Shown in pieces: positions 63,990 to 64,000 of a DNA stretch of 64,000 bases; position 1 is the stretch's first letter; each line of letters opens with the position of its first letter. The stretch lies in NCBI GenBank assembly GCA_965198115.1, contig OZ240241.1, positions 3,936,001 to 4,000,000 of the forward strand, given 5' to 3'. Made by a program: the position numbers and the translations under genes. The notes under the pieces were generated by a model. It was not told the origin of the DNA and did no database searches. It was given only the letters and a program-made list of their open reading frames with translations. The stretch is from Candidatus Latescibacterota bacterium (GTDB lineage: Bacteria; Latescibacterota; UBA2968).

Positions 63990-64000
63990 TTGATTCGCCG

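Overview
GC-rich bacterial window with no rRNA, tRNA or CRISPR array that I could find. The gene mix (sulfatases, BNR/sialidase, PhyH dioxygenases, MBL hydrolases, DUF5916, LivK with an N-terminal Ig-like domain) suggests a Latescibacterota/Gemmatimonadota-like heterotroph; this is inference only. Bases 1-21.4 kb are an accessory, IS-rich zone: integrase remnants, a terminase-small-subunit-like gene behind a 41-bp direct repeat, ISL3, IS630, and a nested IS200 > IS256-B > IS1182 stack with an extra IS256-A, whose three insertions can each be reconstructed from target-site duplications. Bases 27-37 kb hold an intact acyl-CoA/ETF/FadF/FadN cluster, followed by an MNT-HEPN toxin-antitoxin pair whose HEPN gene is split by IS256. 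Bases 40-64 kb are catabolic and transport genes, many frameshifted or carrying a nonsense codon. Intergenic spacers throughout carry several repeat families (heptamer runs, nonamer runs, REP-like palindromes). Small 22-42-nt CCTG...AGG(G) hairpin cassettes appear inserted into these repeats, with empty, filled and nested alleles visible in the window; this is the most unusual signal.
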